A stretch of DNA of 64,000 nt from Heptranchias perlo (taxonomy: Eukaryota): positions 4,154,001 through 4,218,000 of the forward strand of contig NW_027139581.1 of assembly GCF_035084215.1 (NCBI RefSeq), read 5' to 3'. Made by a program: the position numbers and the translations under genes. Positions within the stretch are counted from its first letter, which is position 1; each line of letters begins with the position of its first letter. Under the pieces are notes generated by a model, which saw nothing but the letters and a program-made list of their open reading frames with translations, ran no database searches and was not told the origin of the DNA. This document shows, piece by piece, positions 1-12,995 of the stretch.

Positions 1-2552
1 TGGGGGATTCGGCGATGGTAATGCCGTTGAATGTCAAGGGGAGGTGGTTAGATTCTCTCTTGTTGCCGATGGTCATTGCCTGGCACTTGTCTGGCGCGAA
101 TGTTACTTGCCACTTATAAGCCCAAGCCTGGATTTTGTCCATGTCTTGCTGTATGCGGGCACGGACTGCTTCATTATCTGAGGGGTTGCGAATGGAACTG
201 AACACTTTGCAATCAAAAGCGAAAATCCCCATTTCTTACCTTATGATGAAGGGAAGGTCTTTTCTGAAGCAGCTGAAGATGGTTGGGCCTTGGACACTGC
301 CCTGAGGAACTCCTGCAGCAATGTCCTGGGCCTGAGATGATAGGCTTTCATCAACAGCTACCATCTTCCTTTGTGCTCGGAATGACTCCAGCCACTGAAG
401 AGTTTTCCCCCTGATTCCCATTGACTTCAATTTTACTCGGGCTCCTCGGTGCCACTTTCGGTCAAAAGCTGCCTTGATATCGAGGGCAGTCACTCTCACC
501 TCACCTCTGGAATTCAGTACTTTTGTCCATATTTGGACCAAGGCTGTAATGAGGTCCGGAGCCGAGTGGTCCTGGCGGAACCCAAACTGAGCATCGGTGA
601 GCAGGTTATTGGTGAGTAAGTGCCGCTTGATAGCACTGTCGCCGACACCTTCCATCACTTTGCTGATGATGGAGGGTCGGCTGATGGGGCCGTAATTGAC
701 CGGAGTAGATTTGTCCTGCTTTTTGTGGACAGGACATACCTGGGCAATTTTCCACGTTGTCGGTTAGATGCCAGTGTTGTAGCTGTACTGGAACAGTTTG
801 GCTGGAGGCGCGGTTAGGTCTGGAGCATAAGTCTTCAGCACGACAGCCGGGATGTTGTCGGGGCCCATCGCCTTTGCTGTATCCAGTGCACTCAGCCTTT
901 TCTTGATATCACGTGGAGTGAATCCAATTGGCTGAAGACGGGCTTCTGTGATGGTGAGGATATCGGCAACGCTTCAGCCTTGTCTTTTGAACTCACGTGC
1001 TCGACTCTGTCATCATTGAGGATGGGGATGTTTGCAGAGCCTCCTCCTCACATTAGTTGCTTAATTGTCCACCACCATTCACGACTGGATGTGGCAGGAC
1101 TGCAGAGCTTTGATCTGATCCGTCGTTTGTGGAATCGCTTAGCTCAGACTGCAGCATGTTTCTTCCACTGTTCCACATGCATGTAGTCTTGAGTTGTAGC
1201 TTCACCAGATTGGGACCTCATTTTTAGATATGCCTGGCGCTGCTCCTAGCATGCTTTTCTATACTCCTCATTGAACCAGGGTTAATCCCCTGGCTTGTTG
1301 GTAATGGTAGAGTGAGGAATATGCCGGGCCATGAGGTTACAGATTGTGCTGGAATACAATTCTGCTGCTGCTGATGGCAAACAGCGACTCATAGATGCCC
1401 AGTTTTAAGCTGCAATAACTGTTCTGAATCTATCCCATTCATCATGGTGATAGTGCCACACAACACGTTAGATGGTGTCCTCAGTGCGAAGACGGGACTT
1501 CGTCTCCACGAGAACTGTGCGGTGGTCACTCCTACCAATACTGTCATGGACAGATTCATCTGCGACAGGTAGATTGTTGAGGACGAGGTCAAGTAGGTTT
1601 TTTCCCTTGTGTTCGTTCGCTCACCACCTGCCGCAGGCCCAGTCTGGTAGCTGTGTCCTTCAGGACTCGGCTAGCTCGGTCAGTAGTGCTGCTACCGAGC
1701 CACTCTTGGTGATGGACATAGAAGTCCACCCCCGCCCACCAGAGTACATTTTTTCCCCCTGCTACCCTCAGTGCTTCCTCCAAGTGGTGCTCAACATGGA
1801 GGATGCCTGATTCATCAGCTGAGGGAGGGCGGTAGTTGGTAATCAGCAGGACGTTTCCTTGCCCATGTTTGATCTGATGCCACGGGGTCCGGAGTCAATG
1901 TTGAGGACTCCCAGAGCCAGTCTCTCCTAACTGTATATCACTGTACCGCTACCTCTGGTGGGTCTGTCCTGCCGGTGGGACAGAACACACCCAGGGATGG
2001 TGATGGAAGAATCTGGGTCGTTGGCCGAAAGGTATGATTCTATGAGTATGGCTATGTCAAGCAGTTGCTTGACTAGTCTGTGGGACAGCTCTCCCAATTT
2101 TGGCACAATTCCTCAGCTGTTTGTGAGGTGGACTTTGCAAAGTCGACTGGGCTTGGTTTGCCTTTGTCGTGTCTGGTGCCGGCTGGTCCGCCCGGTTTTA
2201 TTCTTATTGTGATTTTTTTTAAGCTAGATTGCACCACTGAGTGACTTTATTGGCCATTTCATAGTGTGATTAAGAATCAACCACATTGCTGTGGATCTGG
2301 GGTCACTTGAAGGCCAGACCGATTATTGATAGCAGGATTCCTCCCCTAAAAGACATTAGTGAACCAGAAGGGTTTTTCATGACAATCCGGTAGTTTCATG
2401 GCCACCTTCACTGATACTAGTTTTTTTTTAAATTCCAGATTTGATTTAATTAATTGATGTTAAATTCCCCACTTCTTGTGATCGGGATTTGAACTTAAAA
2501 CTACAGATTACTAATTCATTCAAAAATCCACAATGCTACCGCACGCTGGTAC
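1..2552 (-). mobile_element. Degraded non-LTR retrotransposon ('LINE A', CR1/L2 group): tRNA/SINE-like head, then APE endonuclease and RT; runs off the left edge
   Basis: Minus-strand RT motifs (QFGFRQDHSAPD, ALDIKAAFD, GVPQGS; ORF 236-658) and APE motifs (GIVPKLGELSHRLVKQLLDIAILIESYL near 2130-2030; VDFYVHHQEWLGS, ORF 1589-1783), with stops and frameshifts. B-box-like GTTCAAATCCC near 2484-2494. Confidence 0.85.
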
Positions 2553-2558
2553 GACTTA

Positions 2559-4157
2559 TGGTATTATCAGCCCCCATGTATACATGCTGACCATTGTATT
2601 ATCAGCAACCATATTTATCAATTGACAATTGTACCATCAGGCCCCATGTATTATTACTGACCATTGTATTATCAGCCCCAATGTATACTTTCTGATCATT
2701 TTATTATCAGCTCCCATGTATCCTTGTTGACCATTGTATTATTTGACACCAAACATACTTACTGACAATTGTATTATCAGCACCCATGTATCCCGACTGA
2801 CCATTATATTATCAGCCCTCACGAGTACTTACTGACCATTGCATTATCAGCCCCATGTATCCTGACTGAAACATTGTGCTATCTGCCCCATGTATTCTAA
2901 CTGACCGTTGTATTATCAGCTACCATGTATATTTACTGACCATTGCATGATCAACCCCCATGTATCATGACTGACCATTATATTATCAGCCCTCATGTGT
3001 ACTTAGTGACCATTGTATTATCAGCAGCCATGTATATTTACTGACCACATGATTATCAGGCACCAAATATACTGACTGACCATTCTATTATCAGCCCCCA
3101 TGTATTCTTGTTGACCATCGTATTATCAGCCCCCATGTATCCTTAAAGCCCATTTTATTATCAGCCCCATATATCCTTACTGAACATTGTATTATCAGCC
3201 CCATGTATCCTAACTGAACATTGTATTATCAGCCCCATGTATCTTACTGCCCATTAGATTATCGCTCCCATGGATCCTTACAGAGCATTATATTTTCACC
3301 CCCATGTATCCCTGGAGACCATGGCATTATCACACCCCATGTGTCCTTAATACCCATTATATTTTCACCCCCATGTATCCCTAGAGACCATGGCATTATC
3401 ACACCCCATGTATCCTTACTGCCCATTATATTTTCACCCCCATGTATCCCTAGAGACCATGGCATGATCACACCTCATGTATCCTTAGTGACCATTCAAT
3501 TATCACCCACATGTTTCCTCAGTGACAATTGTACTATCACCCACATGTATCATAATTGACCATTGCATTACCTGACTCCAAGTCTTCTTATCGACCATTG
3601 CATTATCACATCCCAACTATCCTTATTGACCGTTGTATTATCAACCCAAACATTCTTAGTGAACATTGCATTATCTGTCCAATTTACACTTACTGACCAT
3701 TGCTGTATCACACCCCATGTATCGTTTCTGACCATTGTAGTGTCAACCTCAGGTATTCTTACTGACCATTGTATTATCAGCCCCGTGGATTTTTACTCAC
3801 CACAGTATTTTCCGCAACCAAGTATCCTGACTGACTATTGCAATACCACCGCTATGTATTCTTACTGACCATTGTATTATCAACTCCAAGTATTCTTACT
3901 GACCATTGTCTTATCTCCATCAAAGTAACCTTACTGACCATTGTATTATCACGCCCATGATTTCTTCCTGACCATTGAATTATCACACTCACGTATCATT
4001 ATTGACCGTTGTATTGTAACTCCCCATGAGTCCTTACTGACCATTTCATTATCACACCCCTTTTATCCTTAATGACCATTGTGTTATCACCCCCGATGCA
4101 TCCTTACTGACGATTGCATTATCGGCCCTCACGTATCCATACTGACGATTGCATTAT
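2559..4157 (+). repeat. Diverged 35-bp satellite (consensus GACCATTGTATTATCAGCCCCCATGTATCCTTACT), ~45 units
   Basis: Direct tandem periodicity; reverse complement of the array at 45972-51600. Confidence 0.93.
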
Positions 4158-5231
4158 CAATTTGAAGTCATTGGGAATCAGGGGGAAGACTCTCCAGTGG
4201 CTGGAGTCATACCTCGCACAAAGGAAGATGGTAGTGGTTGTTGTAGGCCAATCATCTCAACCCCAGGACATTGCTGCAGGAGTTCCTCAGGGCAGTGTCC
4301 GAAGCCCAACCATCTTCAGCTGCTTCATCAATAACCTTCCGTCCATCACAAGGTCAGAAATGGGGACGTTCACTAATGATTGCACAGAGCTCGGTTCCAT
4401 TCGCAACCCCTCAGACAATGAAGAAGTCCGTGCCCGCATGCAGCAAGACCTGGACAACATCCAGGCTTGGGCTGATAAGTGGCAAGTAACATTTGCGCCA
4501 GACAAGTGTCAGGCAATGACCATCTCCCCTTGACATTCAACGGCATTACCATCGCTGTATCCCTCACCATTGACCAGAAACTTAACTGGACCAGCCAGGT
4601 AAATACTATGGGTACAAGAGCAGGTCAGACGCTGGGTATTCTGTGGCGAGTGACTCACCTCCTGATTCCCCAAAGTCTTTCCACCATCTGCAAGGCACAA
4701 GTCAGGAGTGTGATGGAACACTCTCCACTTGCCTGGATGAGTGCAGCTCCAACAACACTCAAGAAACTTGACACCATCCAGGACAAAGCAGCCCGCTTGA
4801 TTGGCACCCCATCCACCACCCTGAACAGTCACTCCCTTCACCACCGGATCACAGTGGCTGCAGTGTGTACCATCCACAGGAAGCACTGCAGCAACTCACC
4901 AAGTCTTCTTCGACAGCACCTCCCAAACCCGTGACCTCTACCACCGAGAAGAACAAGGGCAGCAGGCACATGGGAACACCACCACCTGACATTCCCCTCC
5001 AAGTCACACACCACCCCGACTTGGAAATATATCGCCATTCCTCCATCGTCGCTCGGTTAAAATCCCTGAACTCTCTACCGAATAGCACCGTGGGAGAACA
5101 TTCAACACACAGACTGCAGCGGCTCAAGAAGGCGGCTCGCCACCACCTTCTCAAGCGCAATTAGGGATGGGCAATAAATGCTGGCCTTGCCAGCGAGGCC
5201 CACATCCCATGAACGAATAAAAAAAGAAAAA
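4158..5231 (+). mobile_element. LINE A, 5'-truncated 3' fragment (RT C-terminus, 3'UTR, A-rich tail)
   Basis: GVPQGSV..PTIFSCFINNLP and QSLSTICKAQVRSVMEHS; ends ...cccacatcccatgaacgaataaaaaaagaaaa. Confidence 0.9.
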
Positions 5232-5978
5232 GTATACAGTAAATGGAAGGATAATGAGAGGGTCAGAGGAACAAAGGGATCTTAGAGTGCATGTCCACAA
5301 ATCCCTGAATGTAGCAGGACAGGTAGATAAGTTGGTTAAAAAGGGAGACAGGATACTTTCCTTAATTAGCCGAGGCATAGAATATAAGAGCAGAAAGGTT
5401 ATGCTCGAACTGTATAAAACAATAGTTAGGCTACAGCTAGAGTACTGCATACAGTTCTGGTCACCACATTACAGGAAAGATGTGATTGCACCCGGGAGGG
5501 TACAGTGGAGATTTAAAAAGATAATGCCAGGGCTGGAGAATTTGAGCTATGAGGAAAGATTGGATAGGCTGGGGTTGTTTTCTTTGGAACAGAAGAGGCT
5601 GAGGGGAGATTTAATTGAGGTGTATAAAATTATGAGGGGCGAGATGGAGTGGATAGGAAGGACCTATTTTCCTTCACAGAGGGGTCAGTGACCAAGGGGC
5701 ATTGATTTAAAGTATTGGCGGAAGGATTAGAGGGGACTTGAAATTTTTTTTTCATCCAGAGGGTGGTGGGGGTCTGGAACTCACCACCTGAAAGGGTGGT
5801 CGAGGCAGCAACCTTCATCACATTGAAAGGGAACCAGGATATGCACTTGAAGTGCCGTAACCTACAGGGCGATGGACCAAGAGCTGGAAAGTGGGATTAG
5901 GCTGGATAGCTCTTTATCAACTAGCATGGACAAGATGGGCCGATTGGCCTCCTTCGTCTCATAAATTTCTATGATTCT
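5232..5978 (+). mobile_element. CR1 LINE 3' fragment
   Basis: ORF 5254-5691 has LEYCIQFWSPHYRKD and YEERLDRLGLFSLEQKRLRGDLIEVYKIM, typical of the CR1 ORF2 C-terminus; tail ttctatgattct. Confidence 0.92.
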
Positions 5979-6004
5979 CCCCACCTCAACATCACTCTCC
6001 TCAC

Positions 6005-7345
6005 ACTGACCCCTGCGACAGGTGAAGAGGGGACATTTACCAGACTCCCCACTAAAAACCCTCAGTGTCCCTCTCCAGGATGAAGAGGGGACATTTACCA
6101 CACTCCCCACTATTGACCCTCAGTGTCCCTCTCATGGGTGAAGAGGAGACATTTACCAGACTCCTCACTATTGACCCTCAGTGTCCCTCTCACGGGTGAA
6201 GAGGGGACAATTACCAGACTCCCCACTATAGACCCTCAGTGTCCCTCTCACAGGTGAAGAGGGGACATTTACCAGACCCCCCACTATAGACCCTCAGTGT
6301 CCCTCTCACGGGTGAAGAGGGGACATTTACCAGACTCCCCACTAAAAATCCTCAGTGTCCCTCTCCAGGATGAAGAGGGACATTTACCAGACTCCCCACT
6401 ATTGACCCTCAGTGTCCCTCTCATGGGTGAAGAGGGGACATTTAACAGACTCCCCACTATTGACCCTCAGTGTCCCTCTCACGGGTGAAGAGGGGACATT
6501 TACCAGACTCCCCACTATAGACCCTCAGTGTCCCTCTCACAGGTGAAGAGGGGACATTTACCAGACCCCCCACTATAGACCCTCAGTGTCCCTCTCACGG
6601 GTGAAGAGGGGACATTTACCAGACTCCCCACTATAGACCCTCAGTGTCCCTCTCACGGGTGAAGAGGGGACATTTACCAGACTCCCCACTATAGACCCTC
6701 AGTGTCCCTCTCAGGGCTGAAGAGGGGACATTTACCAGACTCCCCACTATTAACCCTCAGTGTCCCTCTCACGGGTGAAGAGGGGACATTTACCAGACTC
6801 CCCACTATTGACCCTCAGTGTCCCTCTCACGGGTGAAGAGGGGACATTTACCAGACTCCCCACTATAGACCCTCAGTGTCCCTCTCCCGGGTGAAGAGGG
6901 GACATTTACCAGACTCCCCACTATTGACCCTCAGTGTCCCTCTCCCGGGTGAAGAGGGGACATTTACCAGACTCCCCACTGTTGACCCTCAGTGTCCCTC
7001 TCACAGGTGAAGAGGGGACATTTACCAGACTCCACACTGTTGACCCTCAGTGTCCCTCTCACAGGTGAAGAGGGGACATTTACCAGACTCCCCACTGTTG
7101 ACCCTCAGTGTCCCTCTCACAGGTGAAGAGGGGACATTTACCAGACTCTCCACTGTTGATCCTCAGTGTCCCTCTCCCGGGTGAAGAGGGGACATTTACC
7201 AGACTCCCCACTGTTGACCCTCAGTGTCCCTCTCACAGGTGAAGAGGGGACATTTACCAGACTCCCCACTGTTGACCCTCAGTGTCCCTCTCACGGGGTG
7301 AAGAGGGGACATTTACCAGACTCCCCACTATTGACCCTCACTCTC
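6005..7345 (+). repeat. 58-bp minisatellite (CCCTCAGTGTCCCTCTCACGGGTGAAGAGGGGACATTTACCAGACTCCCCACTATAGA), ~23 units
   Basis: 58-bp period read from the register shift between 60-bp lines. Confidence 0.95.
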
Positions 7346-7375
7346 TCACATTGACCTGGTCCTGGACTCGGTCTT

Positions 7376-7728
7376 CCTGTACCAAAATGGCCGCGCATGC
7401 GCCGTGACGCTCCCTCCTCCTGTACCAAGATGGCGGCCGGTTCCCCCGGTAACCCGGGCCTGTGTTCGGGGAGAAGCCTTCAGCTGCCGCCCGGCTGAAG
7501 ACACGAGGGACCAGAGGGTCCTTTTCGTTCCCTGCGGCCGCACTCCATCTTTAAACGACCTACGGCGGGGCCTCTCTCCGGTTTATGAATCTCCGGACCG
7601 GGCGCTCGCCGACCGTCTTCAGACCTCCGACTCCGTCTGTGGACCGCTCAGAGCCTCACCCGCGCCTGCGCGCTGAGCTCCGGGGACAGGTAAAGGGCGG
7701 GGTCTCCCGCGCGGGGCAGCAGGGGCGG
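7376..7728. promoter_or_regulatory. CpG-island promoter module (ZNF-type), inverted homologue of 13920-14230
   Basis: NRF1 GCGCATGCGC 7393-7402; YY1 AAGATGGCGGC 7427-7437; CGCGCCTGCGC; GC boxes; CpG-rich. Confidence 0.6.
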
Positions 7729-8836
7729 TTTTTTTTATTTGTTCACGGGATGTGGGCGTCGCTGGCGAGGCCGACATATATTGCCCATCCCTAATTGCCC
7801 CTTGAGAAGGTGGTGGTGAGCCGCCTTCTTGAACCGCTGCAGTCCGTGTGGTGAAGGTTCTCCCACAGTGCTGTTAGGAAGGGAGTTCCAGGATTTTGAC
7901 CCAGCGACGATGAAGGAACGGCGATATATTTCCAAGTCGGGATGGTGTGTGACTTGGAGGGGAACGTGCAGGTGGTGTTGTTCCCATGTGCCTGCTGCTC
8001 TTGTCCTTCTAGGTGGTAGAGGTCGCGGGTTTGGGAGGTGCTGTCGAAGAAGCCTTGGCGAGTTGCTGCAGTGCATCCTGTGGATAGTGCACACTGCAGC
8101 CACGGTGTGCCGGTGGTGAAGGGAGTGAATGTTCAGGGTGGTGAATGGGGTGCCAATCAAGCGGGCTGCTTTATCTTGGATGGTGTCGAGCTTCTTGAGT
8201 GTTGTTGGAGCTGCATTCATCCAGGCAAGTGGGGAGTATTCCATCACACTCCTGACTTGTGCCTTGTAGATGGTGGAAAGGCTTTGGGGAGTCAGGAGGT
8301 GAGACACTCGCCACAGAATACCCAGCCTCTGACCTGCTCTTGTAGCCACAGTATTTATATGGCTGGTCCAGTTAAGTTTCTGGTCAATGGTGACCCCCAG
8401 GATGTTGATGGTGGGGGATTCGGCGATGGTAATGCCGTTGAATGTCAGGGGGAGGTGGTTGGACTCTCTCTTGTTGGAGATGGTCGTTGCCTGGCACTTA
8501 TTTGGCGCGAATGTTACTTGCCACTTATGAGCCCAAGCCTGGATGTTGTCCAGGTCTTGCTGCATGCGGGCTCGGACTGCTTCATTATTTGAGGGGTTGC
8601 GAATGGAACTGAACACTGTGCAGTCATCAGCGAACATCCCCATTTCTGACCTTATGATGGAGGGAAGGTCATTGATGAAGCAGCTGAAGATGGTTGGGCC
8701 TAGGACACTGCCCTGAGGAACTCCTGCAGCAATGTCCTGGGGCTGAGATGATTGGCCTCCAACAACCACTACCATCTTCCTTTATGCTCGGTATGACTCC
8801 AGCCACTGGAGAGTTTTCCCCCTGATTCCCATTGAC
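7729..8836 (-). mobile_element. Young 5'-truncated LINE A copy with an uninterrupted 346-aa RT C-terminal ORF
   Basis: ORF 7735-8775 with GVPQGSVLGP and MFADD; poly(A) tail appears as a T-run at 7729-7736. Confidence 0.93.
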
Positions 8837-8869
8837 GGTTCCAACCGTCAATGAAACGTCAGAGCCCGC

Positions 8870-9481
8870 TGGCCCGCCCCCTCCGCACACAGTCAGGCCC
8901 CGCCCAAACATGGTCAGGCCCCGCCCAAACATGGTCAAGCCCCGCCCACTCACAGTCAGGCCCCGCCCCCACACTGAGCCAGGACCCGCCCCCCACACAG
9001 TCAGGCCTCACCCCCACTCCCTGAGTCAGGCCCCGCGCCCACTCGCTGTTTCAGGCCCCGGCCCCCACACACACAGTCAGGCCCCGCCCCCACAACACAG
9101 TCAGGTCCCGCCCTCACACACAGTCAGGCCCCACCCACATACAGACAGTCAGGCCCTGCCCCCACAGTCCCCGCCCTCACACACAGACAGGCCCTGCCCC
9201 CCACACAGCCCCCACCACACACAGTCAGGCCCCGCCCAAACATTGTCAGGCCCCGCCCTCACACAGTCAGGCCCCGCCCCCACACTGAGCCAGGCCCCGC
9301 CCCCACTCCCTGAGTCATGCCCCGCCCCCACAACACAGTCAGGTCCCGCCCTCACACACAGTCAGGCCCTGCCCCCACAGTCCCCGCCCTCACACACAGA
9401 CAGGCCCCGCCCCCCACACAGCCCCCGCCCACACATGGTCAGGCCCGGCCTCCCATTCGGAGTCAGGCCCCGCCCCCCACA
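8870..9481. repeat. Irregular GC-box-rich short tandem repeat (CACAGTCAGGCCCCGCCCC, ~20-25 bp)
   Basis: About 25 loose repeats of cagtcaggccccgcc; G-quadruplex-prone minus strand. Confidence 0.85.
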
Positions 9482-9816
9482 CCCGTGAGAGGGATGCTGA
9501 GGGTCGAGAGTGGGGAGTCTGGTAAATGTCCCCTCTTCACCCGTGAGAGGGACACTGAGGGTCTATAGTGGGGAGTCTGGTAAATGTCCCCTCTTCACCC
9601 GTGAGAGGGACACTGAGGGTCTGTAGTGGGGAGTCTTGTAAATGTCCCCTCTTCACCTGTGAGAGGGACACTGAGGGTCTATAGTGGGGAGTCTGGTAAA
9701 TGTCCCCTCTTCACCAGTGAGAGGGACACTGAGGGTCAATCGTGGGGAGTCTGGTAAATGTCCCCTCTTCACCCGTGAGAGGGACACTGAGTGTCTGTAA
9801 TGGGGAGTCTGGTAAA
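9482..9816 (-). repeat. Inverted copy of the 58-bp minisatellite, ~5.5 units
   Basis: gtggggagtctggtaaatgtcccctcttcacccgtgagagggacactgaggg is the reverse complement of the 6005-7345 unit. Confidence 0.95.
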
Positions 9817-10270
9817 TGAGGGGGTTAGCTCATGAGGAAAGGTTGGACAAGTTGGTCCTGTGTGCACTGGAGTTTGGAAGAATGAACGATGATTTCATTG
9901 AAACAGATAAGATCCTGAGGGGACGAGAAGGGATAGATGCTGAGAGGATGTTTCCCCTTGTGGGAGAGACGAGAACTCGGGGTCACAGTTTAAAAATAAG
10001 GGGTCTCCCATTTAAGACGGAGATGAGGAGAATTTTTTTCTCTGAGAGTCGTGAGTCTGTGGAAATCCCTTCCCCAGAGAGCGGTGGAGGCAGGGTCATT
10101 GAATATTTTTAAGGCTGAGTTCGATAGATTCCTGATTAACAAGGAGTCAAATGTGATCGTAGGTAGACGGGAAAGTAGGGTTGCGGTCAGAATCAGATCA
10201 GCCATGATCTTATCAAATGACAGAGCAGGCTCGAGGGGCCGAATGGCCTCCTCCTGCTCTTAATTCATAT
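9816..10270 (+). mobile_element. CR1 3' fragment
   Basis: HEERLDKL...FPLVGETRTRGHSLKI and the CR1 3'UTR ggctcgaggggccgaatggcctcctcctg. Confidence 0.88.
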
Positions 10271-10284
10271 TTTCGGATGTTCCT

Positions 10285-10640
10285 ACCTTTTGTGCTGTAT
10301 GCCTCCATTAATAAAGCCCAGGATCCCGTCTTTTTTTAACGGCCTTCTCAACTTCTCCTGCCACCTTCAAAGATTTGTGTACATACATCCCCAGGTCTCT
10401 CTGGTCCGGCACCCCCTATAAAATGTACTATTTAGTTTATATTTTGCCTCTCCTCATTATTCCTTCCAAACTGTATCACTTCACACTTCTCTGTGTTAAA
10501 TTTAAGCCGCCATGTGTCTGCCCATTTCACCGGTCTGTCTCTGTCCCCCTCACTCTGTTTCTATGCTCCACCTGGTTTACCACATTTCCCAGTTTCTTGT
10601 CATCTTCAAACTGTGAAATTGTGCCCTGTAAACCCAAGTG
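10285..10640 (-). mobile_element. Degraded CR1 ORF2 fragment
   Basis: Reverse-complement similarity to the KWQMKFN-KCEVIH region of other CR1 copies in the window. Confidence 0.7.
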
Positions 10641-10779
10641 CCAACCTCACGTGGACAGGGCCCGCCTGTCCCTTTCATAATGAGTGAGGGGATGAGCTGG
10701 AAATCCCTTGATGAAGTTTTCTGGGGTGGGGGAGAGCGAGCAGTCTCTTTATTCTGATCATTGAGGGCGATCTCCATCA

Positions 10780-11092
10780 CCCAGCGGGCCCCGCGGGTGT
10801 GAAACCGCTCGATGTGGCGCTGGGCCGCGGGCTCTTGTGTTTCTGTCCATTGGATTGATTCCCGCTCCGCCCCGATCCCGCCCGTCGGATCAGTGAAATC
10901 TCCAATTAATCACAGTCAATGGCGACAGGAACTACCCATAACGCCCCGCGGGAGTGAATACGCCCTATCCCGTTTAAAGGGGCCCAGCGCGGAGGCGCGG
11001 AGGAGACGCTGCGCTGTCGCCAGTCGGAGCTGCGGGTCCGGATGCAGGTGGACGGGAGCCGGGGGGCCGGGGATTAATAAACCGGGGGAACA
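10780..11092 (+). promoter_or_regulatory. CpG-island promoter directly 5' of ZNF copy 1
   Basis: ZNF143/Staf-like TACCCATAACGCCCCGCG 10933-10950, CCAAT boxes, GC boxes, TATA-like TTTAAA. Confidence 0.6.
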
Positions 11093-11729
<637 letters not shown>

Positions 11730-12699
11730 CTGCAGGGTTTGGATTCTGCTGTTGTTGCTGCTGTTAATCACATCCAGGACTGAACCATGTTCATTCTGAC
11801 AGTTGGGGTTTGTTTCTGCTGATGTTAATGACCCCGATAACTGGGCTGGAGTTTAATATTCTGGATACATGTTCAATAAATCAGCTTTGTTTTAAACACA
11901 TTGTTGTAGATTTTGGTCTTTCCCACCTGAATGTTTAGCATCACCTGACTGGAGCTCAGAAAGGACAATCTGGGGGAAGGATCGTCCGATGGGAACGGAA
12001 CTTCAGCCCGGACACAGTCCTCCAGGGCCACACTGAGAGGCAAACGGCACTTTGGGCTTTCTTCTCTCTCTTCATTGACAGCAGAGTCGCCGTGTGCGTT
12101 AATCTTGAGGCGTGAGAGTAATGTGTCCCAGCCGCTCTCTTCCATGTTCCAGAGCTCCAGGCACGGAACAGAAGGCTCCTTTACAACTGTGTTTAGATCA
12201 GGAAGAACAACGGGGAATGCTGGAAACATGCTGTAAATCAGAGATTGGTGTAAAACTGGGATCTGTTCCTGACTGAAAGGGAAACGGCAGGTTTAAGTTT
12301 CCAGTCTAAAACTGACTGGGAATTATTTTACAAAGATTGAACCTGTTTGTGTTACAGTCCTGTGTCTACTATATTAAGGCGGGTGTTAACTCATTCAAAA
12401 TAAACCTGTTTAAAATAAATGGGTTAAAGTTTGCATTAAAATAGCGGAGGGAGGAATTGGCAGGAGCCTGTTAAGGGCTGGTACAATTATCCACCAATCA
12501 TTTCATCTCCAGATAAAGAAGGACCTGCAGTGTGTTTCCAGATTCCCTGTTTTATTGATGTGAGTGAGTTAGACACCATTAACCCATTTCGGATCAATAT
12601 GTTTACAGGAGTTTACAGGAGACCGAGGACAAATATCACCCACAATTGAGGGAGACAAAATCAGCCATTAGAGAAGCTGAGATATGTTTGGTGTTTAAA

Positions 12700-12995
12700 G
12701 AGATGGGACGGGTGCTCTGTGAGCCACTTGCCTGGATCTTCAACAGCTCAATAGAGTCAGGGATTGTTCCCTGAGATTGGAAGGTAACTCACTGAGTTCC
12801 CATTCTCAAAAAAGGGAATAAATCCGAGCCAGGGAACAAGAGGCCCGTCAGTGAGACCTCGACCATAGGGAAGATTCTTGAAGGAATCCTAAGAGATTCT
12901 GTTTATGATCACGGGGAAAGAGGAGGGGCCGTTACAGACACTCAACACAGCTTCCAGAAAATAAGGTCGCGTCTTACAAATATGCTTGAATTTTT
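12700..12995 (+). mobile_element. Degraded CR1 ORF2 fragment leading into a CR1-derived minisatellite
   Basis: EPLAWIFNSSIESGIVP*DWK...PILKKGNKSEPGNKRPVS. Confidence 0.8.

Noticed and set aside
7864-7905. RSS heptamer CACAGTG
   Set aside because: No nonamer at 12 or 23 bp; it lies inside a LINE.
8832-9488. 218-aa proline-rich ORF
   Set aside because: Translation of the C-rich GC-box repeat; non-ATG start at a LINE junction.
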